A stretch of 64,000 nucleotides of DNA from a virus, in IMG/VR virus record IMGVR_UViG_3300030098_005409. The stretch is one strand, 5' to 3'. Of this stretch, positions 19,101 to 28,005 are shown one piece after another; position 1 is the first letter of the stretch, and each line of letters starts with the position of its first letter. Made by a program: the position numbers and the translations under genes. Under the pieces are notes generated by a model. It did not search any database. It was given only the letters and a program-made list of their open reading frames with translations, and was not told the DNA's origin.

Positions 19101-21007
19101 ATAGATCCGATTGTATTGACGTTATTTCTGATTTGCGGCAAAGGATAATTTGAATTGAAGTCAAGAATTTTTGCATGTGTAGACGGCTCAACTTCCCTCT
19201 GAGAATTTAGTAAACGACAAACTTCTATGGGATTCAACACACTTGAGACATCTGAGAAATAAGAGTAAACCTGCTCTAGAGCTAAGCCATCTTGCGCAAA
19301 CTCAGCCTCCAAAAGCTCCTCAAGATTTGGGAAACTAACAGCTGCTCTTTGGTTGTCATCCCTTATCCTACTCCCGACATCAATAACACCCGTATTGCCT
19401 CTCAAGATAGCACCACAATTAAATTGTATTAATTCCACCAGTGATTTAATAACTGCGAAGGCGCCATTAGCAATTGCGCCCAAGACAATGTCTTTTATTT
19501 GATCTTTAATGTCCCCATTGATTGAAAACGGCTTCGCGAAGTTCTCAAACAGTTCAGCCAAATTTGGTCTTTTTATATTTATCTCTTTAGATGGAGGCAT
19601 TGGTTCTGTCTGAAGCGAACTAGCCTGCTGAATAATAGTGTTCCTAACTGACTGCGTAATTCTAGAGGCTGTAGCACCGAGGCCCAACGTTAAGCAAATA
19701 ATTGCTTCTTTTGCGAGGGCTTGAATTCCAAACTGGTTTAAAATCTGATTTACAATTTTTTGCTCTTTGGTAGCGTTGGGTCCAAATATCGGAACATTAA
19801 AATTCAGAACGGCGTCTATTGTGTCTACAATTTGAATTCCGGCATTGAGTTTCTTAGCTTTTTCTGCCTGAAGAATGTTCTTTTTTGTTTCTTCATTTTC
19901 AGCCTCTTCGATTTCTTTTAGTAACTCTTCTTTAGTTTTAAGCTTGCTGAACGTGTCCTCTAGCTGTTGTATGTTACTTACATCAATCAGATCATCTGAG
20001 GATCTGTTCCCAAAAATATTATTACCGGGAGTAATAGAGCCAGGAATATCCCCAATCTGTGGTGCGGTGAACGACCCTTCAATTCCAAGCGTCGAGAAAA
20101 AGTCTGTTATTGACTGCTGCTTTGTTAAGTTTGACTGTTGCTCCGATGATTCAATGATCTCTTTATAATTTTGAACTGTCTTTAAAGCCAAGGGGTCACT
20201 AAAAATTGGATTGTATTTAGAATTTGTAATAAACCCAATCTTTGCTTGCTTAGTTTCTCCACGAGTCACATTCAAAACAAAATAATCAACTCGCAGAATA
20301 TTTGAGTCTGCATCAAAGTACATTGTCAAATAATCGGTATCAAAGAAATTGCTCTCTTTAAGTTTAAAGTCCAAGCCCTCATATATGACACTCAGCAAAG
20401 CATTGACAATTCTATTGGTTGAGAAACCAAGAGTATTTGCGTCCAATGACAAAGGTATAATCCCCTTGAACAACGAAAGTCCGGCTGAGAAGTCACTAAT
20501 TGTTCCTGTCAGCTTGTCTAGAGAACTTGGCACATTTGCAAACTCAAAGCTTGTTGCCCCTGTCTCAGATCCTGCGTCTCTTTCATTGTTAAAGAACGCC
20601 AGAGCATCTAAGAAATCAGGTAACTTTTCTTCTTCTTCATACGCCTCTTTAAGGTCATAGATGTTTCCTTCTTGTAGTGATAGCTTATATGTGTTTTTGA
20701 TGTTAAATGGACCAGTTTTTTCCAAAAAAAGCGAATCTGAAATTGTATTGCGAAGTTCGTCATAGAAACCACTAAAACTAGCGAACTCAGCATTATTTCT
20801 GTCAACTACTAAAGGATAGTACTCTGGGAAATAATGCTCAATAAAATAGTCTGTGCATAGACGCTCTTGGGTATCTCTGGAACCGCGGGCGTCGACGTTT
20901 ACATAAAAGTTCATTATGTTGCCTACTTTATTGACAAATGGAATGCCCAGCAAAGTTTTAGAGATTAGAGACTGCAGCGATATAGCTTGTATTTCTGGGA
21001 TAGCCAT
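16130..21007 (-). CDS. large hypothetical protein, probably baseplate/tail-associated
   Basis: 1625-aa ORF between spike and gp25 genes; no recognisable domain. Confidence 0.7.
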   Translation of the reverse strand: MAIPEIQAISLQSLISKTLLGIPFVNKVGNIMNFYVNVDARGSRDTQERLCTDYFIEHYFPEYYPLVVDRNNAEFASFSGFYDELRNTISDSLFLEKTGPFNIKNTYKLSLQEGNIYDLKEAYEEEEKLPDFLDALAFFNNERDAGSETGATSFEFANVPSSLDKLTGTISDFSAGLSLFKGIIPLSLDANTLGFSTNRIVNALLSVIYEGLDFKLKESNFFDTDYLTMYFDADSNILRVDYFVLNVTRGETKQAKIGFITNSKYNPIFSDPLALKTVQNYKEIIESSEQQSNLTKQQSITDFFSTLGIEGSFTAPQIGDIPGSITPGNNIFGNRSSDDLIDVSNIQQLEDTFSKLKTKEELLKEIEEAENEETKKNILQAEKAKKLNAGIQIVDTIDAVLNFNVPIFGPNATKEQKIVNQILNQFGIQALAKEAIICLTLGLGATASRITQSVRNTIIQQASSLQTEPMPPSKEINIKRPNLAELFENFAKPFSINGDIKDQIKDIVLGAIANGAFAVIKSLVELIQFNCGAILRGNTGVIDVGSRIRDDNQRAAVSFPNLEELLEAEFAQDGLALEQVYSYFSDVSSVLNPIEVCRLLNSQREVEPSTHAKILDFNSNYPLPQIRNNVNTIGSINSYFARISQYVDTVTFCNDIINNNILQVVENCNICLDEDFYDSTPALDELIRIAEDGIEILPPPIEFLCPDSPNYLENPIATTILPNLFNNILGTTKTYMAGSLEAARTSLLEPTVSNVPNPDLSGALALFPDLEPPTAEMDPAVLNFITEMFDFFGDAAGAIESAASTGVCQDIDNAKIQNIINNVSTVVGTIDSALSEVPGVIEEVNEKVTSIQDQTAGEGMLHTQYIFPEAFKSRFQNAIQPYGILNTNLQVPALIESGSIFSFYNESNDNTGPIPFETISIRLLYNIQSPDSGNFSGSYASQTAANQSLYINYPKYQSNASTYLSLNYNLDSVDDLLVGEIENLVPGESPPLPANTAYAVKEFNPYVFRFVDPFEQQLGAGSFLALDNEGIVATVQEQFIPAYGTLFANLFDYILENGAFSADKINNLKFFKNNANCPPENIGDLFDAEGILDQMKKEFAAAACYDQGSTKDKTRNTLYYGLILMLIQAAIDEFIIKNIVVFSAFEMNSVLQLSFVKEFMVSEIIQSIESERLDGNSVLEREIYNYFDRVSIRQSTINNGGIAHTYPPYDIPVGFELNEAEGRANFPLNVYEPLIRFLVEERLYYTWDSGQRSTLGTINNIIDPQGKNKTFDDVFLEDVIGVYNLEEYQTTDRVIMARRLSSSYTDFNVAIYFQNVLSAPDTPAGLVRLNYVRRRVFANGDLSAPETATLFEINTGMSANILGVIKSSPEYQIFKQQVFNQDAIFMGPLLYNFYLTELFFSDIIDSFRGTKRAIINFMNMTDASTRPPLPDGLNDEYSNTLANNGQQDMDSMAREIFLKFLKETPIQILKGLVELIDPHIAISKIIKDVTADAFLKVSQAITTSISALPASSPIRTANINGEDVLSLLFCLYSIGNKTLTDTVSVTYPPGHPAAGTDVGDGAPLFGPRISLDGVDFKGSIAGMFMAPPSPLGILYLLIELLKIKIDEGLSDDNVDATEPPPSEEC

Positions 21008-21984
21008 TAGTTTGTCCTATTGTATAAACTTAGAATATACTTGTCGCCGGCAACTCCAGAGTTATCTAAGTAATCGTTAACAACCGCAACGGTGGTTAAG
21101 GGTATTTCAGCTATCATAGGCACTTGGCAATTTAAAGCAACATTAATCGAGTTCTCAACACCGGCCATCATAGTTTGTTTAAAATCAGGGGCGGTTTCAG
21201 TTCCATAAAATGGCGACATATGCGTGTGATTCTGGATTGCCCTGTTGAAGTTTTGCTGATATGAAATAAAGTTATCTAATATCGTACCAATATTTTCAAC
21301 GACCTGAAGAAGAGCATTCAGGCAATCTTTAAGATTTTCACCTTTTACCATCGGCTGCAGGTCTTCTGGATCATTCATAGCTATTAAATCAATCCCGTAT
21401 CCGCTCTTATCGGCGTTTGACAATTCGCCACCCTGTGAGTTGATTGAATCTGTTCGAGTGATAAGTCGGATATTCTCGCGACCAATAACTCTAATATTAT
21501 CTGCTTTGATGGCGATGCCAGATCTAGGCGTCACAGAAGAGGTCGACCCACCCCCCTGCCGGGGCTTTTTAAGTCTAAAGTAGCCATCGATATCTGCTTT
21601 TTGACTAACATATATCCTCGCTGAGTCTAAAACAAAGTTAGGATCAGCATAAAGCTTGTTACCTTTTCTGTCTCTACTTCGTGCGCTGTGTCCCAAAGTT
21701 CCGGCAACAATATCTATTGCGGCGCAATGAGACTGCCCCTTACCTCCTGTGCCAGAAAATCTGTTAGAGTTTCTATCTTTGCCTAATTTAATAGATGCGT
21801 TACCTTTTCTTATGACTCTCTCATTAGAAGTCAGAATTAGATCTGGTGTGTCATAGTTCTCTGTTTCTTTTGAGCCCACTCCACGAATATCAGCCTTTTC
21901 GGCTGGAGATGCGTTGTCCAACTTTCTTTTTTCAATTGGGTCTGTTGGGTTTTGTATAGCTGATGTTGTTTTTACTTTGGACAC
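21007..21984 (-). CDS. baseplate central spike (gp5-C / gpV / gp138-like)
   Basis: beta-rich ARIYVSQKADID...GIAIKADNIRVIGRENIRL segment; metal-binding HxH motif (QNHTH) near C-terminus; context. Confidence 0.6.
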   Translation of the reverse strand: MSKVKTTSAIQNPTDPIEKRKLDNASPAEKADIRGVGSKETENYDTPDLILTSNERVIRKGNASIKLGKDRNSNRFSGTGGKGQSHCAAIDIVAGTLGHSARSRDRKGNKLYADPNFVLDSARIYVSQKADIDGYFRLKKPRQGGGSTSSVTPRSGIAIKADNIRVIGRENIRLITRTDSINSQGGELSNADKSGYGIDLIAMNDPEDLQPMVKGENLKDCLNALLQVVENIGTILDNFISYQQNFNRAIQNHTHMSPFYGTETAPDFKQTMMAGVENSINVALNCQVPMIAEIPLTTVAVVNDYLDNSGVAGDKYILSLYNRTN

Positions 21985-21993
21985 TTATTTCTC

Positions 21994-23340
21994 CTAGGAC
22001 AGGGCACTTGGTCCCGCTGTTGCCGGTAGATCTTGCGGGTCTGCCTCAAATGTTACCTGTGCATCATTAAGTCCCTCTTGAGTCCAGCGTTTGGTATTTA
22101 CGGAGACGCCCTTAACTACTTTATTAAACCCAACCCAATCCAGATGCCAATGTTCGTTTGATACTCCAAAATTAAAATTAAAATTATCAGGAGCAAACTT
22201 ATTCAACCACTTAAATTCTGGTGAGTTCCCCGCTTGATCTCCGGTCCACCCGCTGCCCGGTCTGTCTATATCTACCGCGGAGCCCCAACCATGGTTGGAT
22301 GTACCAGGAATTGCCGCATATCCACGAAATTTACAGTTTTCATCATACTGTCCTGCGCCCTCGCCTTTTATGCCATTACCATGCGGTCCTTGGCACCCTG
22401 CCTGATCACCGCGAGCCCTAATCATCCGGACCGAAACTTGAGTGTTGTAGGGTCGATAGCCGCTACCTTTCAATTGTTTACCAAATTTTCTTTTATAGGC
22501 AGCAGTTAATCTAAGCCAATCATCCTTAGCATCTTTTATTATTTGGGCGCCCGAGGCTGGATCAGTATACAACAAACCGGTTTCTTCTAGCTCTCCATTA
22601 TTGATGGGTTGGCCTGTTGGAATATATATCGCGCTTTTCTGTTTGGCTCTATTAGACCAACTAAAATTGCCCGGATCGTCCTTAGAGACTGTGCCTCTAG
22701 GTCCCATAATCATAGGTTTTTTGTTCTTAAAGTCCAGCTTTATTGATGAATTTTGAAGATTAATATCAAATATTTTAGGTCCTACTTTTATGATCTGAGG
22801 GTTTTGGAACTTTTCGTCGGCATATATTATACTAACCAGTGTTCCGGGCAAAATAGCCAATTGACCGTTGGGTATGCTAGCATCAAGAGATAAAGACGCC
22901 TCTGGCAATGAATCAACACGATCAGCCAGAGACATGCCTGGAAGATTTAACTTCCCCGTTGTGTTGCCTTTTAGAAGCTCATCGATATCTATGAGAACTC
23001 TAGGGTCACCTTCGTGGACATAAACCTTATATTTGTAGTATACTGCTTCGCCAGTTAATTCTGGATTATCTGCTAGCGCAAGCTGTTTAGAAACATACTC
23101 CAAATTTTCCATCGGATTAGATATTACTGGTTGATCTCCGTAGTACGTGCCAAAAACAATACCACCGAAAACCGTTTTATTCGCCATAGCATCAGGAGTG
23201 AATGCTTCCTCCAGAACAGCTGATATGGCATCGGTTGTAGTTAGCGACCTCCTGTCCCCAGAAAGACCGTCAGCTGGTCTAAGGTCATTCAGAACGCCAT
23301 ATTGACTGAATATTTGTTGAGGTGTTATTTCGTTAGCCAT
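21994..23340 (-). CDS. tail-associated peptidoglycan hydrolase, peptidase M15B (VanY-like), with probable OB-fold N-terminus
   Basis: SGYR...PGTSNHGWGSAVDI (SxHxxGxAxD) and NEHWH (ExxH) zinc motifs. Confidence 0.85.
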   Translation of the reverse strand: MANEITPQQIFSQYGVLNDLRPADGLSGDRRSLTTTDAISAVLEEAFTPDAMANKTVFGGIVFGTYYGDQPVISNPMENLEYVSKQLALADNPELTGEAVYYKYKVYVHEGDPRVLIDIDELLKGNTTGKLNLPGMSLADRVDSLPEASLSLDASIPNGQLAILPGTLVSIIYADEKFQNPQIIKVGPKIFDINLQNSSIKLDFKNKKPMIMGPRGTVSKDDPGNFSWSNRAKQKSAIYIPTGQPINNGELEETGLLYTDPASGAQIIKDAKDDWLRLTAAYKRKFGKQLKGSGYRPYNTQVSVRMIRARGDQAGCQGPHGNGIKGEGAGQYDENCKFRGYAAIPGTSNHGWGSAVDIDRPGSGWTGDQAGNSPEFKWLNKFAPDNFNFNFGVSNEHWHLDWVGFNKVVKGVSVNTKRWTQEGLNDAQVTFEADPQDLPATAGPSALS

Positions 23341-23641
23341 CTTCTTTGTTCTCGTTTAACAAATCAAACAGTTGTTCTTTATCATCTTCTGTAAGACCAA
23401 CCTGATTTGTCTTTTGGCGTTGAAGAATGGCGGCGAGCTTCACCATCTGCTCGTTGGATCTTTGAAGATTTTCTACATACTTAGCGGCTATTGAGCCCAT
23501 TTCTCTTCTATCGGTGGGAGAGGCTTTCATATCAGCCATTACATCCATTAATAAGGACTTGGCCATCGCACGATCTTCTTTGATGTTTGTCGTGGTTTCT
23601 TCGATGTAGTGCTCTAAGCTTAGATCTCGCTGTTTTCCCAT
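23333..23641 (-). CDS. hypothetical helical protein
   Basis: 102-aa ORF in operon; overlaps both neighbours. Confidence 0.7.
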   Translation of the reverse strand: MGKQRDLSLEHYIEETTTNIKEDRAMAKSLLMDVMADMKASPTDRREMGSIAAKYVENLQRSNEQMVKLAAILQRQKTNQVGLTEDDKEQLFDLLNENKEDG

Positions 23642-24309
23642 TTTGTCTTAAACGTCCTGTATCTCTTCCGAAGCTTATTGAGGTTATTGACAACCTGCTT
23701 GGTGTTCAGCCCAGTAAGTTCGCGAAGATATAAGTAAATAGCTTTTTTGTTAAAAATTTCTATTTGTTCGGCTGAGTCTAGGAGAATGCGTACAGCCATA
23801 AGAACCTTTTTCTCGTTCTCTTTGACCATAAACGAATCCCAAGTGTCTATCTCGCTGTTCAAAGACATCCAAAATTCAACCTCAGATCTCTTATCATAAT
23901 AACTAAGCTCATCCGATACTAGGTTTTCATCCACTTCGTTAAGGACGTCCTCCATAAATATCTCTGTTTGAAGGCGTTTCTTGGTTCGCTTGACTTTGTG
24001 AATAAACCAGTTCTTGGTCACCACTGAGAAGTACGAGAAGGCTTTCGAGCCCTTATTGGGGTCATACTTGTTTAAAATTGTAGTTAGCCAAACTTTACAA
24101 TCTGCTCTGAGATAATCAATATTTGGCAACGTGGTGAAACGATAGGTATAGATTATCTTATCTACCATATCGTCAAATGCAGGCTGAATATACTCTTCGT
24201 ACAATTTTGATCGTAGTTCTCGATCCTCTGTCGAAGCGTATTTAACTATTGCGTCTTCGTGTACCTGCGTAAAGTAATGATTTTTCTTGCTCTTCTTCCG
24301 TCTCGGCAT
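23620..24309 (-). CDS. phage RNA polymerase sigma factor (T4 gp55-like, late transcription)
   Basis: NHYFT...DAIVKY...KYDPNKGSKAFSYFSVVTKNWFIHK region-2-like motif; no region 4 evident. Confidence 0.75.
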   Translation of the reverse strand: MPRRKKSKKNHYFTQVHEDAIVKYASTEDRELRSKLYEEYIQPAFDDMVDKIIYTYRFTTLPNIDYLRADCKVWLTTILNKYDPNKGSKAFSYFSVVTKNWFIHKVKRTKKRLQTEIFMEDVLNEVDENLVSDELSYYDKRSEVEFWMSLNSEIDTWDSFMVKENEKKVLMAVRILLDSAEQIEIFNKKAIYLYLRELTGLNTKQVVNNLNKLRKRYRTFKTKWENSEI

Positions 24310-24613
24310 TTAATGCTTCCTCTAGTTCTTGCTCTATTTCTTCGTCTATCGTATATTCAAATATCTCTCTAAATTCTGAGATTTCATCATTTACTTCTCT
24401 AATTCTAAACACTAATTCTTGAATTATGGGCTCACCGTGATAAGAATCCATACTATACATCTCTTTTACAAAGACTTGGAACGCTTTGGTAGTTAGAAAC
24501 AAATCGGATATATTTTCGGATATGAACATAAACTTCTGTAATAACCTGGACAAATACCACGCTAAAAGTGCATTTATTATTAATGAAGTAACGAGAACGA
24601 TATATATGAGCAT
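24242..24613 (-). CDS. hypothetical membrane-anchored protein
   Basis: N-terminal hydrophobic helix; 68-nt overlap with sigma factor start. Confidence 0.7.
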   Translation of the reverse strand: MLIYIVLVTSLIINALLAWYLSRLLQKFMFISENISDLFLTTKAFQVFVKEMYSMDSYHGEPIIQELVFRIREVNDEISEFREIFEYTIDEEIEQELEEALNAETEEEQEKSLLYAGTRRRNS

Positions 24614-24861
24614 TATCTATCTTTATTTAGTTTATCTTTTTGTTGTTGTAGCTCTTGGCGCGAATCTTTAATAAACTGCTCTGTAATTTGACCGGTTCTA
24701 TCTGATTTCGTTCCGGCTTTTTTCGTTGTAAAGTTTGTCAGCATTTTTACTAATGTGGAACCAGAGTCGCACACAGGGCATACGGACTGTGTTTCACTAG
24801 AAGGGTGATATATTACTGATATTTCGCTACACGCAGTACAACGATACTGATATCGCGGCAT
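24613..24861 (-). CDS. FmdB-family zinc-ribbon protein
   Basis: MPRYQYRCTAC...CPVC, two CxxC pairs. Confidence 0.85.
   Translation of the reverse strand: MPRYQYRCTACSEISVIYHPSSETQSVCPVCDSGSTLVKMLTNFTTKKAGTKSDRTGQITEQFIKDSRQELQQQKDKLNKDR
24624..24631 (-). promoter_or_regulatory. putative late-promoter motif ACTAAATA
   Basis: 10 nt upstream of ATG 24613, no SD; lies inside upstream CDS. Confidence 0.3.
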
Positions 24862-24863
24862 CT

Positions 24864-25022
24864 TTAGCGCTTTTCTAGTTCCTTAAGCCTTCTATCGATA
24901 TCGGCTAAGTGTTTTTCAAGATCTCTAGCCTGTTGTCCGATTGCAGTGCGAACGAGTTCATCAATAAGTTCGCGAACTTCACCTTCGGATAGATAGCGCT
25001 GCTGTGATGTTTTGTTAAACAT
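24864..25022 (-). CDS. 52-aa coiled-coil hypothetical protein (not in ORF track)
   Basis: GGAG SD then ATG; MFNKTSQQRYLSEGEVRELIDELVRTAIGQQARDLEKHLADIDRRLKELEKR; fills the gap exactly. Confidence 0.75.
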   Translation of the reverse strand: MFNKTSQQRYLSEGEVRELIDELVRTAIGQQARDLEKHLADIDRRLKELEKR

Positions 25023-25224
25023 GCTCCTGTTCCTCCTCATTTATTTGAACATCATTAAAATTAACGATTGGTGGGTTGGTTACAACCAACTCTGAGTGTG
25101 ACTGATCGTCAGGATTTACTTGGAAATCCATATCCTGTAGCACCGGGACAATGTCGGACTGCTCCATTAGTGATCTTTGCAGGGCCATCATTAGTGCTCC
25201 TACTGCTTGGTCTGATAATCTCAT
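25015..25224 (-). CDS. hypothetical protein
   Basis: 69 aa; GGAG SD upstream. Confidence 0.75.
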   Translation of the reverse strand: MRLSDQAVGALMMALQRSLMEQSDIVPVLQDMDFQVNPDDQSHSELVVTNPPIVNFNDVQINEEEQEHV

Positions 25225-25226
25225 AG

Positions 25227-26069
25227 TTATTTTACTCCTTTAACATATTCTTCTAAATCGTGTCTGGGGTTCCACCCAGTCATCTCGATGGTTTTTGATA
25301 TATCTGCTAGGGTCTCGCGGGCTTCGCCAGGACGCTGCGGTATGTACTGTTTTGTGCCTCCGAACATATCCGCCAATTCATTAATTGAATTGTTAGTTCC
25401 AGTTCCTAAGTTGTACACGTCTCCTCGCCAAGCGCCTTTGGAAATAGCAATCAGCCCAGCGCATATATCGTACACATGCGTAAAGTCTCGTCGTTGCTCT
25501 CCATCTCCAACAATCGTTAATGGCTTCCCGTTTTTTGTCTGCTCCTCAAAGATAGCTACAACTGGGGTGTATTGTCCTATTAAGGGATTGCGAGGTCCAT
25601 ACACATTAAAGAATCTGGCAATTCCTGTTGTTGTTCCATACACCTCAGAGTACATTTTACAAACTTCCTCTCCCTGCCATTTTGCGAAGGCATATGGATT
25701 CAAATACACGCCACCGTAAAAAGAACTTGACCCTGCGTATACTACTTTACAATTATTTTTTCTAGCATACTCGCAGACAATTGCTGTTCCAAGCGAATTG
25801 TTCTCACAGGTGTATAACGGGTCTTCAAAACTTGGCTGAATTCTTGACTCCGCAGCCAAATGAAATATGACATCTATATTTTTTACTACATCCGTTGTTA
25901 GAACATTTTGAAACTTATCAAAATAATACTCAACTTCGTCACGACAATACTCTTTCTTCCCGGAAGAAAGGTCATCCACAACAGTTACATTATATCCTTC
26001 TTTTACCAATATATCTACCAGATTGCTACCTATAAATCCGCAGCCGCCAGTTACCAATGCATTAATCAT
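25227..26069 (-). CDS. NAD-dependent epimerase/dehydratase (UDP-glucose 4-epimerase-like)
   Basis: TGGCGFIG Rossmann motif, GSSS, YAFAK (YxxxK), RFFNVYGP. Confidence 0.9.
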   Translation of the reverse strand: MINALVTGGCGFIGSNLVDILVKEGYNVTVVDDLSSGKKEYCRDEVEYYFDKFQNVLTTDVVKNIDVIFHLAAESRIQPSFEDPLYTCENNSLGTAIVCEYARKNNCKVVYAGSSSFYGGVYLNPYAFAKWQGEEVCKMYSEVYGTTTGIARFFNVYGPRNPLIGQYTPVVAIFEEQTKNGKPLTIVGDGEQRRDFTHVYDICAGLIAISKGAWRGDVYNLGTGTNNSINELADMFGGTKQYIPQRPGEARETLADISKTIEMTGWNPRHDLEEYVKGVK

Positions 26070-27000
26070 TCGTTTTTATTCCTCTCGCATTTTCATAATT
26101 TTTAGTAAACCATTCGCACACTACTTTAAGGGCTTCTTGAAAATTAGTATACTCGTTGGGAGCCCATCCCAAGTTCAGCAATTTCTCGTTGGACGATGGT
26201 TTTCTGAACTGACCGGATGGTCGGTTTACATCCCAAATAATTTCCCCACTATAACCAAGCACCGATGCTATTAATTTTGCAGCGTGTGCAATAGAATATT
26301 CCATGGTATTCCCAATATTGATGGGGTGTTTGCCATCATACTTATCTAATAAAAATACCAAAATTTTAGCGGCGTCATCAGAAAAAGTAAACTCTCTTAG
26401 CGGTGAACCATCGCCCCATAGCACTACTTCTTTATTAAACCTCTTCGCTTCATAAATTTTCCTTATCATCGCAGGCAAAACGTGAGATTGATTTAGGTCA
26501 AAGTTGTCATTTATTCCAAATAGATTGTTAGGAACCGCTGTAATGCAATTAAGACCATATTGTTCCCTATAAGCACGGGACTGTACATCCAGCATTCTTT
26601 TAGCGTAAGCATACGCGTAGTTTGAGTGATGTGGCGGCCCAGAATGAATCTGCTCTTCAGTCAAAGGATAGGCGGCATCATCTGGATATACACAAGTGCT
26701 TAGAGTTGACAAAACTTTTTTGGCGCCACATACTCTCGCGGCTTCCAAAACGTTTAAATTAATTTTAGCATTATCATGATAAAAAAGACCCTTTTCCCTC
26801 ATATTAGCCCCAAGTCCGCCGATGCGGCCGGCTAGATGGATTACAGCATCAGGCTGTACCTTCTTAAAAACATTCTTTGTTTCTCTGAAGCTTCTTAGGT
26901 CAACATCTTTACTTGACAGGTAGGTTGCATCAGGTAGTACCCCGTTTAGTGCGGTTCCTAAAAGTCCCGTGCCACCAGTAACTAAAATTTTATTATACAT
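26062..27000 (-). CDS. fcl: GDP-L-fucose synthase
   Basis: TGGTGLLG, HLAGRIGG, STCVYP, YAYAKR, PNNLFG, WGDGSPLREF. Confidence 0.9.
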   Translation of the reverse strand: MYNKILVTGGTGLLGTALNGVLPDATYLSSKDVDLRSFRETKNVFKKVQPDAVIHLAGRIGGLGANMREKGLFYHDNAKINLNVLEAARVCGAKKVLSTLSTCVYPDDAAYPLTEEQIHSGPPHHSNYAYAYAKRMLDVQSRAYREQYGLNCITAVPNNLFGINDNFDLNQSHVLPAMIRKIYEAKRFNKEVVLWGDGSPLREFTFSDDAAKILVFLLDKYDGKHPINIGNTMEYSIAHAAKLIASVLGYSGEIIWDVNRPSGQFRKPSSNEKLLNLGWAPNEYTNFQEALKVVCEWFTKNYENARGIKTND

Positions 27001-27036
27001 TGTAAAATATACCCGTATGACTAAAGGAAAAGGACA

Positions 27037-28005
27037 CTATAACTTATTCATCCAACTTTCTATCATCTCATCTAGCATTGTGTGAAAAGTGTACTCTGGC
27101 TCCCAACCTAGTACCTCTCTGGACTTGTCGGAGTCCCCTTTCAGGTACTTAAGCTCTTCTGGGCGCATAAATTTAGGATTTTGCACCACATACTCTTTCC
27201 AATCTAAGTCAAGTGAGGTAAAGACATACTCAACCAAATCCCTAACTGACCAAGTCTCTCCAGTTGAAACTATCCACTCGTCGGCCGTTGGATGATTTAC
27301 TATCTTATGCATTGCTTTCACATAATCTTTTGAATGACCCCAGTCTCTATACGAATCAAGATTGCCAAGCTCTAATTTATCTCGCAATCCTTTTTTAATT
27401 TCAACTGCACATTTTACAACCTTGTTAGTTACGAAGTTCGATCCTCTTCGCGGAGACTCATGATTAAACAAAATCCCGTTACAGGCGTGCAGACCATACG
27501 CATGTCTGTAGTGTCTAACTAAATTGTATGCCAATAACTTAGCGCACCCATATGGACTCACAGGAGTCATTGGCGTCGTGAGCCTCTGCACACCATCATC
27601 ATCTACTGAATTTCCAAACATCTCGGATGATGAGGCTTGATAAAACTTAGCTCGCGGACATACTGTTCGGTATACCTCTAGCATGTTAAGTACACCCAAA
27701 GCGTTTGTTTGTATGGTATATGATGGTACATCAAAGCTAACCCTTACGTGACTCATGGCAGCAAGATTGTAGATCTCATCTGGCATCACGTCGCTCATAA
27801 TTCGATGTAGAGAAGGATAGTCCGTTAAATCTCCATAATATGTTTTAATTTTAGATCTCACACTTTTAAGTCGACTGTCTTGGTTCTCAGACACAGACAA
27901 TCTCCTAATAATTCCGTGTACTTCATATCCTTTTTCTAGTAGGAACTCTGTGAGATAGCTCCCATCTTGTCCAGTGATTCCTGTTATTAACGCTTTCTTT
28001 TTCAT
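27037..28005 (-). CDS. gmd: GDP-mannose 4,6-dehydratase
   Basis: ITGITGQDGSYL, YNLAAMSHV, QASSSEMFG, SPYGCAK, GILFNHESPRRG, RDWGH. Confidence 0.97.
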   Translation of the reverse strand: MKKKALITGITGQDGSYLTEFLLEKGYEVHGIIRRLSVSENQDSRLKSVRSKIKTYYGDLTDYPSLHRIMSDVMPDEIYNLAAMSHVRVSFDVPSYTIQTNALGVLNMLEVYRTVCPRAKFYQASSSEMFGNSVDDDGVQRLTTPMTPVSPYGCAKLLAYNLVRHYRHAYGLHACNGILFNHESPRRGSNFVTNKVVKCAVEIKKGLRDKLELGNLDSYRDWGHSKDYVKAMHKIVNHPTADEWIVSTGETWSVRDLVEYVFTSLDLDWKEYVVQNPKFMRPEELKYLKGDSDKSREVLGWEPEYTFHTMLDEMIESWMNKL

